A stretch of DNA of 64,000 bases, taken from IMG/VR virus record IMGVR_UViG_641522639_000001, positions 2,857 to 66,856 of that record; one strand, written 5' to 3'. The stretch is from a virus. The notes beneath the pieces are model-generated. The model had not been told where the DNA came from. It saw nothing but the letters and a program-made list of their open reading frames with translations, and searched no databases. This document shows, in pieces, positions 16,877 through 27,209 of this stretch. The stretch's first letter is position 1, and the number at the start of each line of letters is the position of its first letter. The position numbers were made by a program, and so were the translations under genes.

Positions 16877-18321
16877 GCGGACGCGTCGTTCCCTTCGCGG
16901 CGCCGGCCCTCGATGAGACGCTGCCGCACAGCGTGGAGACCGAGCAGGCCCTGCTCGGCGCCATCTTGAACAACAACGATGCGCTGTCGCTCGTCACGGC
17001 GCTCGTCGCCCCCGAGCACTTCTTCGTGCCGGAGCACGCCACGATCTTCCAGCAGATCGCGGCGATGGTCGGCGCAGGGCTGCAGGCCAGCCCGATCACG
17101 CTGAAGCCCTACCTAGGCGACGCCGACCTCGGCGGACTGACGGTGGGCGAGTACCTCGCCCGGCTCGCCGCGGAAGCGACCACAGTATCGGGTGCGCCCG
17201 GCTACGCGCAGATCATCCGCTCGCTCGCCACGCGTCGCGACCTAATCAGGGCCGCGCATCGGCTGCAGGAGCGCGCCCGCTTCAGCGGCGCCGAGGTCAC
17301 CTCCGACGAGATCATCGACGGGATCGAGGGCGACCTTCTCGACGCGCGCGCCGCATCGCCGAAGGCCCACCTCGCCGGCATGTCGGCCGGGGAGGGCGCC
17401 GCGTGGATGCTGGAGCGCATCGAGGCAATGCGGGCCGGCCAGCTGGCGGTTCCGGCCATCTCGACCGGGATCCCAGACCTCGACCGCGCCACGGCGGGCG
17501 GCTTCGGACGCGGCCAGCTCTGGCTCCTCGCTGGTCGCCCGGGCATGGGCAAGACGGTCTCGATGACCGCGCTGTCGCGCTACGCCGCGCGCAACGACGG
17601 GGTGCTGGTGTTCCAGCTGGAGGTCACCCGCGACCAGATGATGGCGCGGTACTTCGCGGACCTCGCCTACGCCTCGCACAAGCCGCTGACCTTCGGCGCG
17701 ATCATGCACGCCGTCGACCTCGACGACGAGGACATGTGGCGGTTGCGCGATGCGCAGAAGCGGTTGGACCGGCTGCACCTGCGGATCGAGTGCGAGCCCA
17801 GCATATCGCTCGCTCAGATCGCCGCCTCGGTGAAGGCGCAGAAGAAGCGCCTGGAGCGTGTCGGCCAGCGGCTCGGCGTGGTGTTCATCGACTATCTCAA
17901 GTTCATCAAGACGACCGACCGCTACAAGAGCAACCGCGTGCTCGAGATCGGCGAGATCTCCGGCGGCCTGAAAACGCTCGCCAAGGCCGAGGACATCTGC
18001 GTGGTGCTGCTCACGCAGCTGAACCGCGGCGTCGAGGCTGAGGGACGCGCCGATCGCCGCCCGTCGCTCGCCGACCTGCGCGATTCCGGCGAGCTCGAAC
18101 AGGATGCCGACGTCGTCCTCTTCCTCTACCGCGAGGCCTACTACCTCGAGAAGAAGCTCAAGGCCTCCTCCGATCCCGAGATCGGCGCCCGATTCATCGA
18201 GAAGCGCAACGCGCTCGAGATGGCGCTGGGTAAGAACCGCATGGGGCCGACGCCCACGCTCGACCTGTGGGTCGACGTCGCCTCCTCCACCATCGCATCT
18301 CACGCCAGGGGGCCGGCCTGA
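16873..18321 (+). CDS. dnaB: DnaB-like replicative helicase
   Basis: PHSVETEQALLG, AGRPGMGKT (Walker A), FIDYL, LTQLNR, RPSLADLRDSGELEQDAD and KNRMGP. Confidence 0.95.
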   Translation: MSGRVVPFAAPALDETLPHSVETEQALLGAILNNNDALSLVTALVAPEHFFVPEHATIFQQIAAMVGAGLQASPITLKPYLGDADLGGLTVGEYLARLAAEATTVSGAPGYAQIIRSLATRRDLIRAAHRLQERARFSGAEVTSDEIIDGIEGDLLDARAASPKAHLAGMSAGEGAAWMLERIEAMRAGQLAVPAISTGIPDLDRATAGGFGRGQLWLLAGRPGMGKTVSMTALSRYAARNDGVLVFQLEVTRDQMMARYFADLAYASHKPLTFGAIMHAVDLDDEDMWRLRDAQKRLDRLHLRIECEPSISLAQIAASVKAQKKRLERVGQRLGVVFIDYLKFIKTTDRYKSNRVLEIGEISGGLKTLAKAEDICVVLLTQLNRGVEAEGRADRRPSLADLRDSGELEQDADVVLFLYREAYYLEKKLKASSDPEIGARFIEKRNALEMALGKNRMGPTPTLDLWVDVASSTIASHARGPA

Positions 18322-19370
18322 TGGCTCGCATTCGCACGATCAAGCCGGAGTTCTGGACCTCCGCCCAGGTGATGGAGTGTTCGCCGAACGCTCGCCTCCT
18401 GTTCATCGGCCTCTGGAACTTCGCCGACGACGCCGGCCGGATGGCGCTCTCGCCGAAGCGCATCAAGGCGCAGATCTACCCGTCCGACGATTTCACGGCT
18501 GCGGACGTTCGTCGAATGATCGACGAATTGGCGGCGAACGACCTCGTCAGCGTCTATGTTGTTGACGATGAAGAGTTTCTAGCCATCACGGGGTGGCATC
18601 ATCAGAAGATCGATCGGCCGCAGGATCCCCGAACGCCCGAACCGCCAGACGGTCATTCGCCGAATGGACGTCGAACGTTCGGCGTAGGAAGGGAAGGGAA
18701 GGGAGAGGATAGGAAGGGAAAGGATCTTAAGGCGGCGGCCAATGGCGCACACCCCCCGCGCGAGGGTCGGACGCTCAACGCCGTGGCACCCCCGGTGCCG
18801 GGCCCGCAACCCGCCGATGCGCGGCGCCAGCCGCCTGCCGAGCCCGATCACGGTCACGCCGCCCCGCCACCCGCCAGCCGGCCGGCCACGCCGACCCGAG
18901 AGTGCGACACCGCCGCGGGCTTCGACCGGATCGCCGGCCGCTGCCGCGAGGTGCTGCCCGAGACCTGGGGTCTGCGCGTCGAGGCCGACGCCCGGCCCGT
19001 AGTGCAGCTCGTCCGGGAGGGCCTCGACCTCGAGTCCGAGATCGTGCCGGCACTGCGCGAAGTCGCCTGCCGCCGCACGCCAATCCGCACCTGGCCGCTG
19101 CTCGCCAACGCCGTCGCCGAGCGGGTGATGGCGCAGCGCTCCGCCCGCACTGCGCAGGGCCTTTCGCCGAAGCCGCCCGCGCCGCCGAGGCCGGAGGAGA
19201 TGATCGACCTCGGTTCGCCCTACGGCGCCTACGGCGAGGCCGTGCTGAGGGTGTTCGTCGAGAAGTTTCGAGCCGACCCGACAGCCTGGATCGAGCACCT
19301 CGTCGGCCCGGCGCCTGGCCGCCCCGGCTGCCGCATCCCCGCCCGCCTGCTGCTCACCGAGGCCGCCTGA
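18321..19370 (+). CDS. Phage replication initiator (MARIRTIKPEFW family)
   Basis: N-terminus ARIRTIKPEFW...LFIGLWNFADDAGR; coupled to dnaB. Confidence 0.8.
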   Translation: MARIRTIKPEFWTSAQVMECSPNARLLFIGLWNFADDAGRMALSPKRIKAQIYPSDDFTAADVRRMIDELAANDLVSVYVVDDEEFLAITGWHHQKIDRPQDPRTPEPPDGHSPNGRRTFGVGREGKGEDRKGKDLKAAANGAHPPREGRTLNAVAPPVPGPQPADARRQPPAEPDHGHAAPPPASRPATPTRECDTAAGFDRIAGRCREVLPETWGLRVEADARPVVQLVREGLDLESEIVPALREVACRRTPIRTWPLLANAVAERVMAQRSARTAQGLSPKPPAPPRPEEMIDLGSPYGAYGEAVLRVFVEKFRADPTAWIEHLVGPAPGRPGCRIPARLLLTEAA

Positions 19371-19431
19371 TCCCGAATCCCGCCCCGCGGGCCACCCGCG
19401 GCCGCCGTGCCGCCCCACCCGGAGATCCCCG

Positions 19432-19863
19432 ATGCCCGACCTCAAGACCCGAGACCTCGTCGCCCTGACCGCCCAGACGGTCGCCGCCTACGTCGCCCAC
19501 AACCCCATCCGGCCGGCCGACCTGCCGGGGCTGATCCGCGACACCCACGCGGCGCTGGTAGCGCTCACGGCCCCGGCGCCGGCACCCGAGGCCGGGAGGC
19601 CCGTCCCGCCGGTGCCGATCCGCAAGACCGTGACCCCGGACGCGATCTTCAGCCTGGAGGACGGCAAGCCCTACAAGTCGCTGAAACGGCACCTGAATTC
19701 GCGCGGGCTGACCCCCGAGGCCTACCGCGCGAAATGGGGCCTGCCGGCCGACTACCCGATGACCTGCGCGTCCTACTCGGCGGCCCGGTCCGAGCTCGCC
19801 AAAGTGCTTGGGCTCGGACGCAAGGCGGCGCCGCGGCTCGTGGATGGGACCGAGGCGGCGTAA
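19432..19863 (+). CDS. mucR: MucR/Ros family regulator, copy 1
   Basis: LTAQTVAAYV..N...DLPGLI and SLEDGKPYKSLKRHL...YRAKWGLP.DYPM...YSAARSELAK. Confidence 0.92.
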   Translation: MPDLKTRDLVALTAQTVAAYVAHNPIRPADLPGLIRDTHAALVALTAPAPAPEAGRPVPPVPIRKTVTPDAIFSLEDGKPYKSLKRHLNSRGLTPEAYRAKWGLPADYPMTCASYSAARSELAKVLGLGRKAAPRLVDGTEAA

Positions 19864-19916
19864 CGAACCCGGCCGGCGCTGCGGTGCCGGCCTTGATCCA
19901 CCTGGCGGGATGCGAC

Positions 19917-20111
19917 ATGAGCCGACCCTCACGCAAGCAGCGGACCCGGGCGAAGAAGCACCGCAAGGACGACCGGAAGGCCGTGCCGGAGGGACTGATC
20001 CGACCCGAGGAGATCGAGACGGCGGCCCAGCGCAAGGCCCTGGAGCCGGCCGAGCGCGCGGCGCAGATCGCCGACCCGACCTTCCTTGAAGTGCAGGGGA
20101 GGGTGGCGTGA
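19917..20111 (+). CDS. Small basic hypothetical protein
   Basis: Coupled to the next gene. Confidence 0.45.
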   Translation: MSRPSRKQRTRAKKHRKDDRKAVPEGLIRPEEIETAAQRKALEPAERAAQIADPTFLEVQGRVA

Positions 20112-20350
20112 AGGCCCACACTGAGAGGACCCGCCAGCGCGGGACCGCCCTCCACGACCCCTGTCTCGTCGGCAACGGTGCGTGGTGCTCGTCCTACTGT
20201 GAGGGCAAACCACCGCCGATTCTCGATCTCGAGCGCTTTCGCCGGGGCCGCAACGAGTGCGGCGGCAATGGGCGAGTCGTGTTCGCGGCCGAAACAATCG
20301 TTGCGAACGCGATCACCGAAGCACGGGTGCTGCGGAGGCGCTCACGGTGA
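20108..20350 (+). CDS. Small Cys-containing protein, paralogue of 5275-5499
   Basis: DPCLVGNGAWCSSYC...NECGGNGRVV. Confidence 0.65.
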   Translation: MKAHTERTRQRGTALHDPCLVGNGAWCSSYCEGKPPPILDLERFRRGRNECGGNGRVVFAAETIVANAITEARVLRRRSR

Positions 20351-20802
20351 ACGCACCGGCCGCCATGCCCTTGACGTGCGCCGCACGTGAAGCCCCGGAC
20401 CGGTCCGGGCCGGCAGGGGCCGGCACCGCGCGACCGTCCCGCCGCCTCGTCCGCCGGGCGAAAATGCCGTCCGGCCGGCGCATCACCGTCGACACGCGGT
20501 CCGGCCTCGTCTCGGTCGGCGCTGAGGCCGCGCGTGTCTCCCCTCTCCAGGCCAAGCTCCTCGTGATCCTGATCAAAGCTTCCCCACGCCCGGTTGACCG
20601 TAGCCGGGCCATCGAACTGTTGTTCAAGGGGCGGCGCTTGCAGGATCGCACCGACTATTTCCGCCGGATCCTCCACGAGACGCGCGCCGTCCTGCAGGGG
20701 CTCGGCGCCACCATCCTCTACGAACCGAACCCGGCGGGCTCAGACCTGCCCGGTTACCTGTCGCTCCTTGAGGCGCGGGCCGCGACCCGGGGGCGGTCAT
20801 GA
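20347..20802 (+). CDS. Winged-helix (OmpR C-terminal-like) DNA-binding protein
   Basis: VSPLQAKLLVILIKASPRPVDR..AIELLF...RRILHETR. Confidence 0.55.
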   Translation: MNAPAAMPLTCAAREAPDRSGPAGAGTARPSRRLVRRAKMPSGRRITVDTRSGLVSVGAEAARVSPLQAKLLVILIKASPRPVDRSRAIELLFKGRRLQDRTDYFRRILHETRAVLQGLGATILYEPNPAGSDLPGYLSLLEARAATRGRS

Positions 20803-21680
20803 AGCATGCCGTGACCCGCCTTGCGCTCCCCCTCGACGCCAGGGCCGCCCTTGTGGCGGCCCGCCGCGTGCCCCAGCACCTGCTTGAGGATCCGATCGGC
20901 CGGGCATGGCTCGCCGTCCACATGCTGGATCACCCGACCCGCGGGTGGGACAGTGCCGATGTCGATTTCGCGCTGGAGCACGCGCACGAAATCCTGCGCG
21001 CGATCGGCGGCCGGATCGGCCCACGCAGCGACCGTGGGTTCTGGCCGGTGATGAGCTCCGATGCCGTCGCCCGCGGTCGGGTGACAGCGGAGCAGGTATC
21101 GTTCGTCGAGGCCGCGCTCTCGTGGCTGTCGCTCTACGTCGACAGGGAGCCCGAGGCCCGGGCGCTGCAGCTTTGGTGCGAGTGCGTCGAGCAGCGCCGG
21201 AGCTTCAGCGGCGCCTGCAAACGCCTTGGGCGGAACATCAATACCGAGAAGACGCGCCGTCGTCGGGGCTCGCTGCTGATTGCCGCCGGCCTGTGTCGCG
21301 ACGACGTGCCGATCCCCGCCCACGTGATAGATGCCCGTAAGGCCCAGGAAGGCGCCGAGCGTCTCGCGGAGACAGAAGCCGCCCTCGCTCGCGCGCCGGC
21401 AGGGCAGGGGGTGCCGCAGGCTCCTCGTGAGCCTGCGGCCGCTCCCGTCCTCGACCCGGCCACCACCGAAGCCCCGCCTGAACTTTGGGACCGGATCCGT
21501 GCCGCCCTTTCCCAGCGCCGTCGCGGCGAGAGCCTGCGGGGGATCGTGAGGGCGATCCTCTTCGCGCACGTGAGGGTCGAGTTCGCCGGTCAGAGCACGG
21601 CCGTCGCTGAGAAGCGCCGCCAGTACCTTTTCCGGCTCGCCCGGCGCGAGGGGATGCTGGACGACGGGGGGCCGCGTTGA
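20799..21680 (+). CDS. Putative late transcription regulator (Q-position protein)
   Basis: GPRSDRGFWP, ALSWL.LY and helical C-terminal HTH-like region; function inferred from position. Confidence 0.5.
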   Translation: MKHAVTRLALPLDARAALVAARRVPQHLLEDPIGRAWLAVHMLDHPTRGWDSADVDFALEHAHEILRAIGGRIGPRSDRGFWPVMSSDAVARGRVTAEQVSFVEAALSWLSLYVDREPEARALQLWCECVEQRRSFSGACKRLGRNINTEKTRRRRGSLLIAAGLCRDDVPIPAHVIDARKAQEGAERLAETEAALARAPAGQGVPQAPREPAAAPVLDPATTEAPPELWDRIRAALSQRRRGESLRGIVRAILFAHVRVEFAGQSTAVAEKRRQYLFRLARREGMLDDGGPR

Positions 21681-22022
21681 TGTGCCCCGAGGCCCGCGCC
21701 GACATCGCGAAGCTGATCTCTCTCCTGGGCTCGGACCATGACGGCGAGGCGCTGGGCGCCGCCCGGGCGATCGGGCGCAAGCTCGCGCGGTTCGGCCTTG
21801 GCTTCTCGGACCTCGCGCTGGCGATCCGCCCCGCGGTGGTCGTCCCGGCAGGCCAAGCCGGCCCCGGAGGCCGCCGCGATCGAAACCGCCCGCCTGCGGG
21901 GCGCGGACGCGGCGCGCAAGGGCAAGCTCCGCATGGCGGTCCCCGTCTCCTACCGGCCCGAGAGCCCGAACGGGCACCCGGAGCTGGTGACCGCCTACCT
22001 CGACGAATCCGACGCGACCTAG
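21680..22022 (+). pseudogene. Hypothetical gene with a probable +1 frameshift at CCC 21844-21846
   Basis: AKLISLLGSDHDGEALGAARAI continues as RQAKPAPE...LDESDAT* in the shifted frame. Confidence 0.45.
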
Positions 22023-22055
22023 GCCGAGCTGGCCGGTGGAGAGGAGCACTGACCT

Positions 22056-22439
22056 ATGAGCAACGCGACGACCTCGACCCTGGTCGAAGGGGACATTATC
22101 ACCATCGAGGCTGAAGTCCGCTGGCTGCACCAGGCGGATCAGAACCAGATCGCCGTCAGGCTCGGCGGGCAGGCCAACTACATCAACCGGAGCGCCATCG
22201 TCGGCGTCCGCCCCGCCCTCCGGGACGGTGATCTGGTCCGGCACCTCGACCACCCCGCCGAGGGGATCATCCGGGGCGTCTACGGCCGGCAGGCGTGGGT
22301 GTCCTGGCGCGATCACGAGCCGGACACGATCGTCACCACCGACCGCGTGGTCAGGCTTAAGACCGCCGTAGAGCTGGCCGTCGGCGCCCTTGCGGCCAGC
22401 CTCGTCGGGGACGCCCCCGCCGACCCGGCCGAGGGCTGA
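22056..22439 (+). CDS. Hypothetical protein
   Basis: Coding-like ORF with RBS. Confidence 0.55.
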   Translation: MSNATTSTLVEGDIITIEAEVRWLHQADQNQIAVRLGGQANYINRSAIVGVRPALRDGDLVRHLDHPAEGIIRGVYGRQAWVSWRDHEPDTIVTTDRVVRLKTAVELAVGALAASLVGDAPADPAEG

Positions 22440-22443
22440 TCCG

Positions 22444-23176
22444 ATGACGGGTCTACCCATCACCAGCTCGACCCCCGACAGGTCTATGACGCGCACACGC
22501 TGGAGCTGGCCGTCTGCGGCTGAAAGGAGCCGGCCTGCCGGCAGATGTACTTCCTGCTCGGAGACGCCCAGGGGCGGATCTTCGCCCGCGTGCCGCTGAT
22601 GGCCGCGGCTCTGGGCGACTGGACCATCGAATCCTCCGCGACGGTCGCGGAGGTCATGGAGCGCAGCCGCGGCGCGATGCTCGCGCGCGGCCCAGCCGCG
22701 GGGAGGACGTAGCCATGTCCCGCGCCCGGAAGCGCGTCGCGATCGGCGGGGACCGGCCGCCGAGCCACCAGACCTACCGCGTCGTCCGCGGCGAGTGCGG
22801 CGACACGGCCGACGTCGGTAAGCAGGACTATTCCCCCGATGCCGCGGCCGAGATCGCCCCCCAGAGGCCGCGAGGCGGCCCCACGGCTCCGGCCACGAGC
22901 CCCGCCGACGCCGCCTGATGGCCCGCGAGGGCATCCTGTTCGAGACGCTCGGCGTCCCCAGGAGGCGCTGCGGGGGAAGTCCTCATCCCGGGTGATCCGC
23001 GAGCCCGTCTGTGAGGAGTGCCGCGCGCCAGCGCCCTTCGGCTACGGCCCGCCCGGCCCCGACCAGCTCCACGAGCCTCGGCGCTGGTTCTGCCGTGAGC
23101 ACCGAGCCGAGGGAATCGCTGCCTGGAAGTCGATGGGCGGCCGATCCGCCGCCGCGCGAGCCTGGAGGAGCTGTGA
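22444..23176 (+). pseudogene. Degenerate small accessory genes (frameshifts, in-frame TGA)
   Basis: Coding-like frames are broken near 22460, 22520 and 22960. Confidence 0.35.
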
Positions 23177-23177
23177 G

Positions 23178-23444
23178 ATGACGACGATCCGCACCTGCGC
23201 CGGCATGGACGAGGACTGCCCGCCGGAGCGCCGGTGGATCGCCCGGCTGGGGAAGGAGATCCCGGCGGTGGCCGGCAGGGCGTTCGCGCCGTCCGCCATC
23301 GTCGTGTTCGCCGCCGACCCGGAGGAGCTGCTCGCCAAGGCGCGGGCGGCCGTTGCTGAGGAGGCGATGCTGGCCCGCCGGCAGGCTGCCCGCGAGGCGG
23401 CGAAATTCCCTCCCAGGCTTCCGCCCGGGCAACTGCCAAGCTAA
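23178..23444 (+). CDS. Hypothetical protein
   Basis: GGAGG RBS. Confidence 0.5.
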   Translation: MTTIRTCAGMDEDCPPERRWIARLGKEIPAVAGRAFAPSAIVVFAADPEELLAKARAAVAEEAMLARRQAAREAAKFPPRLPPGQLPS

Positions 23445-23485
23445 AGCCAGCCCCGTCTGACCCCGCGCTACCCAAGGAGATTCGC

Positions 23486-23851
23486 GTGAACCCTACCGTA
23501 CCCTGCTCGGACTGCGACGGCACAGGCGACACGACCGGCATCTTGCTCACCAGCATGCCGCCTCAGCCCAAGCCGAGCGCGCCGTGCTCCGGCACCGCGC
23601 GGGCGACGGCCGCGACCGGCGACGACCGGGAGGCCGCCCCTGTCCCTCCGGCGAGCCATTGGGACAAGCCACCGCCGATCACCCCCGAGCTGATCGAGGA
23701 GCTGCGCCACCGCGCCCGCACCTTCATCCGCCAGAAGTACCCGCTGACCTACGAGCGAGGCCTGATCGAGCTGATATCCACGCCCGAGTGGAAGGCGGCC
23801 TGGATCCTGGCCGAGATCCTCAAGGCCGACGCCGCCCCGCGTGCCGACTGA
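23486..23851 (+). CDS. Hypothetical protein with N-terminal CxxCxGxG motif
   Basis: AAGGAG RBS; PCSDCDGTG. Confidence 0.55.
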   Translation: MNPTVPCSDCDGTGDTTGILLTSMPPQPKPSAPCSGTARATAATGDDREAAPVPPASHWDKPPPITPELIEELRHRARTFIRQKYPLTYERGLIELISTPEWKAAWILAEILKADAAPRAD

Positions 23852-24107
23852 GCGGGACGTGACGATGACCGACGCGGAACGCGACGCGCGCGATCAGGCG
23901 CTGGCGGAGATCTTGACCTTTGAGATGCTGGCGGCCGGCGTCGAGGAATTCAAGCGCGCGCAGGTCGCGATCGCGGACGCGGACAAGACCGGCAATGTCG
24001 CAATCGGCTGCATCTGCGCCCGCGTGTACCTCGCGATGCGCGCGGCCGAGCCGAACGGGCCGGAGGCGTCGCTGCCGGCCCATGGTCTAACGCCGGGCTG
24101 CCAGTAG
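23841..24107 (+). CDS. Hypothetical protein
   Basis: Coupled ORF. Confidence 0.5.
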   Translation: MPTERDVTMTDAERDARDQALAEILTFEMLAAGVEEFKRAQVAIADADKTGNVAIGCICARVYLAMRAAEPNGPEASLPAHGLTPGCQ

Positions 24108-24217
24108 GCCGCCAATCCAGCGTTTGACGGATCGGCACAGGTTCCTCGGCCGCCCCGAGATTACGGACGGCAAGCCGGACGATCTGATTGGTGGCCGAGT
24201 AAAACAGACAAGAGGAA

Positions 24218-24613
24218 GTGATGAGCGAAGCATTTTGGAAGATCGTTGACGGTCATGGGCTCGATTGCATCCCGAGCGACGAGCACGAGGCACTGTTGAC
24301 GATCTGCACCCGCCTCGTGCGCGCCGAGGCCGAGCGCGCCGCAGATCACCGCCGCGTCACGAGTGCCCTGGAACGCTCGAATGCGTGGCGCGAGCGGGCC
24401 GAAGCTGCGGAGGCCGAGCGCAACAGGCTGCGGGGGGCGCTGGAGAACAGCAACGCCCTCCTGGCGGCCATGCTGCACGAGAAGCCCGACGATGCGGAGA
24501 TCTCGGCGCAGATCACCGAGAACCGGACGGCGATCCTTGGCCGCGCCGCCGTGGATCCGCCTTCGCGGCGGCGCGGGTTCGCGGTGAAAGACTCGTACTT
24601 TACGGACGACTGA
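24218..24613 (+). CDS. Hypothetical coiled-coil protein
   Basis: AGAGGA RBS. Confidence 0.55.
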   Translation: MMSEAFWKIVDGHGLDCIPSDEHEALLTICTRLVRAEAERAADHRRVTSALERSNAWRERAEAAEAERNRLRGALENSNALLAAMLHEKPDDAEISAQITENRTAILGRAAVDPPSRRRGFAVKDSYFTDD

Positions 24614-25148
24614 TCGCAGCGGCCCGGACAGTGGGACGGAGGATGAGATGTGGCTCGCGCATGCCTTCTACGCCGATGAGCACGGCAAGAAGTGGCAGGT
24701 GATCGACGCCGCTTTGACCCCTGATCAGGTTGACGGTGCGATCCGCCGGCACAAGCAGGAGGGCGGCTGCCATCTCGTGGAGCTGTGGCAGCACGCCGGT
24801 TGCTTCCACGCAATCGGGTGAGGCGGAGGCGGTTCCGCCCAGGAGAAAGGCCCCGGCTTGCGCCAGGGCCGATCCCGTCTCCGCTGCGAGCGCAGCCGCC
24901 GTTTCAATCCGCGCCCCGGAGGGCGATCCCCGCGCTGGCGGGGGAGAACGAGCCGCATCATGGCACTGCCGGCAAGGATCGCAAGGGAGAAGAAGATGCC
25001 ACACTGCCTGTACGACACCGCCTGGGTCGTGGACGACGACCAGCGCGAGCTGGCCCGGAGTCACCTCCGGGCGCAGCCCTGAAACGCCCGAAAAGCCCCC
25101 TGCCGGTCAGGGCAGGGGGCCAGGGGCCTCGAAGGCCAGATGTCGCAC

Positions 25149-25272
25149 GGGGCGCCCCCTTACGGGGCGCCCCTTTCCCGTTCGCCAGGATGCCCTTGGA
25201 CGGCCCAGATTTGGCCCAGGGCGGCCGCGGATGAGCCAGAGAAGGGCCTGGGCGCCCCTTAAGGGGCGCCCC
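25149..25272. repeat. GGGGCGCCCC palindrome cluster at the convergence of early-right and late transcription
   Basis: Copies at 25149-25158, 25164-25173 and 25263-25272; perfect 22-bp palindrome at 25250-25271. Confidence 0.6.
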
Positions 25273-25624
25273 AGCCGCCGGACGGCTGGCCCCCGCCATT
25301 GCGGCCCTGCATCTCCCGAAATCGACGCTCGAGCTTGCGATCCTCGTAGTCGGCCCGGATCAGGGCCAGCAGCGCTTCGACGGCTTCCGCCTGGGTCTTG
25401 GTGCTCTCGGCAATCGCGACCAGCGCCTCGACCAGCGCCTTGACGGGCGCCGCGGCCAGCAGCTCGGCCGGGTCGATCGGGTGGGGGGGGACGTCCGCCT
25501 CCTTGCCCCCGCGCCGGTAAGCGGAGAGCCAGATGGCGATCACGACGACGAACATCACGGCGCTGGCGATCCCCTGGAGCCAGGGCGGCAGCGCCGCGAT
25601 GGCAGTCTGGACTTCAGGCGGCAT
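25259..25624 (-). CDS. Single-TM membrane protein, lysis module
   Basis: WLQGIASAVMFVVVIAIWLSAY followed by a coiled segment. Confidence 0.65.
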   Translation of the reverse strand: MPPEVQTAIAALPPWLQGIASAVMFVVVIAIWLSAYRRGGKEADVPPHPIDPAELLAAAPVKALVEALVAIAESTKTQAEAVEALLALIRADYEDRKLERRFREMQGRNGGGQPSGGWGAP

Positions 25625-26225
25625 CGAGTGCGCGTCTCCGCTCGGCATAGCCAACGTCGAGTCCGGAACTCCAGACGTTCCACAGCTCCATGAGCAGGAT
25701 CAGCCTGTAGATCCCGCAGGCGGCGCCGGGGACCGGGGAACTCCACGCCGAGAGCGTGACCTGAAGCCAGAGACCGCAGGCGAGGAACGCTGTCAGCGCG
25801 CGGATGTGGGGCGAGAACCGGAACCCTCGGTAGGTCCCGTTCACCGTCAGGGCTGCGATCCGCAGGCCGGCGACCGCCAGCATGAGAGCCCCCCAGGTTC
25901 CCTCGGGGGCGAGGCGGGCGAGGAGCGCCCAAGTCGGCTGGCACGGGAAGATGTCGGGCGGCGTCCCGAACGTCCAGCCGAGCTGAAGCAGCAGGGCCGC
26001 GGCGAACCACTCCGTCGCCCGGAGCCGGAAATGCCCCCAGATCCCGACCAGGAACCGGAGCAGCGCCGCCCGGCGCCGTTCCGCGCGCGCCCAGCGGGCG
26101 AGCGACGGGTCGAGCTGGGACAGCGCCCGGATCACCGCCCGCTCCGTCTCGCGACGGGACGGGCGCGCGGCGATCCCACCGGGGAGCGGAGCCGCCGGGG
26201 GGATCTGCCAGGGCATCTCGATCAT
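25614..26225 (-). CDS. Multi-TM membrane protein, holin candidate
   Basis: Three to four hydrophobic helices. Confidence 0.6.
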   Translation of the reverse strand: MIEMPWQIPPAAPLPGGIAARPSRRETERAVIRALSQLDPSLARWARAERRRAALLRFLVGIWGHFRLRATEWFAAALLLQLGWTFGTPPDIFPCQPTWALLARLAPEGTWGALMLAVAGLRIAALTVNGTYRGFRFSPHIRALTAFLACGLWLQVTLSAWSSPVPGAACGIYRLILLMELWNVWSSGLDVGYAERRRALDAA

Positions 26226-26707
26226 GCCGCCGAGAGCTGCCGCTTCACGGCGTCGAGCACCGCCGCCTCGCTGGCCGAGGCGTCGAAGGGCAGGGCGCGG
26301 AACAGGAGAGGCACGAGGGCGTCGGGCCCGCCCGCCGCCCTGATGATCGCCGCGGGCGCGTGGGCCTGGAGGTAGCGGACGCCGGATGCGATGACCTGGG
26401 AGCCGAGGTCGACCGTCAGGGGCTTGCTTGGGGCGGCGCCCGCGACGGCGTTGGTCCCGTAGGCGATCCCGTTCCGAACCATCGTCTCGATCCGCGCCTG
26501 GGTGAAGATCAGGCCCAGGACCGGCGCGTACTGCGCGATGGCCTTGGCCAGGACGCCGGTCAGGATCGGGACCAGGAAGGCGGTCGCGATGTCGCTGCCG
26601 GCCTTGATCCAGCTGGACACGTCGAAGCTGACGGTCGTGTCGGCCGCCAGGGCCGGGGCGGTGAGGGCGAGCGCGAACAGCGCCGCGAGCAGGGGCAGGC
26701 GGATCAT
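26222..26707 (-). CDS. Membrane protein with signal-like N-terminus, holin-like
   Basis: MIRLPLLAALFALALTAPALA-AD, a second TM, and the IETMVRNGIAY...YL motif seen in LL-H-type holins. Confidence 0.55.
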   Translation of the reverse strand: MIRLPLLAALFALALTAPALAADTTVSFDVSSWIKAGSDIATAFLVPILTGVLAKAIAQYAPVLGLIFTQARIETMVRNGIAYGTNAVAGAAPSKPLTVDLGSQVIASGVRYLQAHAPAAIIRAAGGPDALVPLLFRALPFDASASEAAVLDAVKRQLSAA

Positions 26708-27209
26708 GGGGGATCTCTGGGCTGGAGGGGTGTGCCGCATCACCCGGCGGCGCGGGATGCCAGAAGGTCAGGATCGAGCAGGTCTAGCTGAGTTGATCCT
26801 GAGTTTATCGGCCTGACTGCCTCGTCTCTTCATGCCCATCGTGGGTCAAAATTCAATGGACTTGGTCATTCTAGGGGCCGCTTTCGAGCAGAGCCCGGTG
26901 AATACGCCGAAGATTCGGATCATCATAGGATGTTATTTTTCGAATCGGTTGTCGCCCGCCGATCACAGGCCACTTTTCTGCCTTCAGCGCCATTGTAACA
27001 CGCCCGACATGGAAGGTTGTTCTACGGCCGACCGCCCAGAGCGAGCTGGCGCTGACGCCGGAGAGCGGCGGCACGAAGGCGCTGAAGGTGCCAACGACCC
27101 TCTCGACGACCCCGTCGACCTCGGTCCAGTCCTTGCGGAACGACTTGACGCTAACGTCCTTGATGACGCGCTGCGGAGAAAGCCAGTGGAAAGAATTCAG
27201 GACAATTAC

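Noticed and set aside
26832-27209. Protein-coding extension upstream of the mucR pseudogene, or a minus-strand ORF at 26871-27074
   Set aside because: No recognisable family or convincing RBS; probably a degraded remnant.
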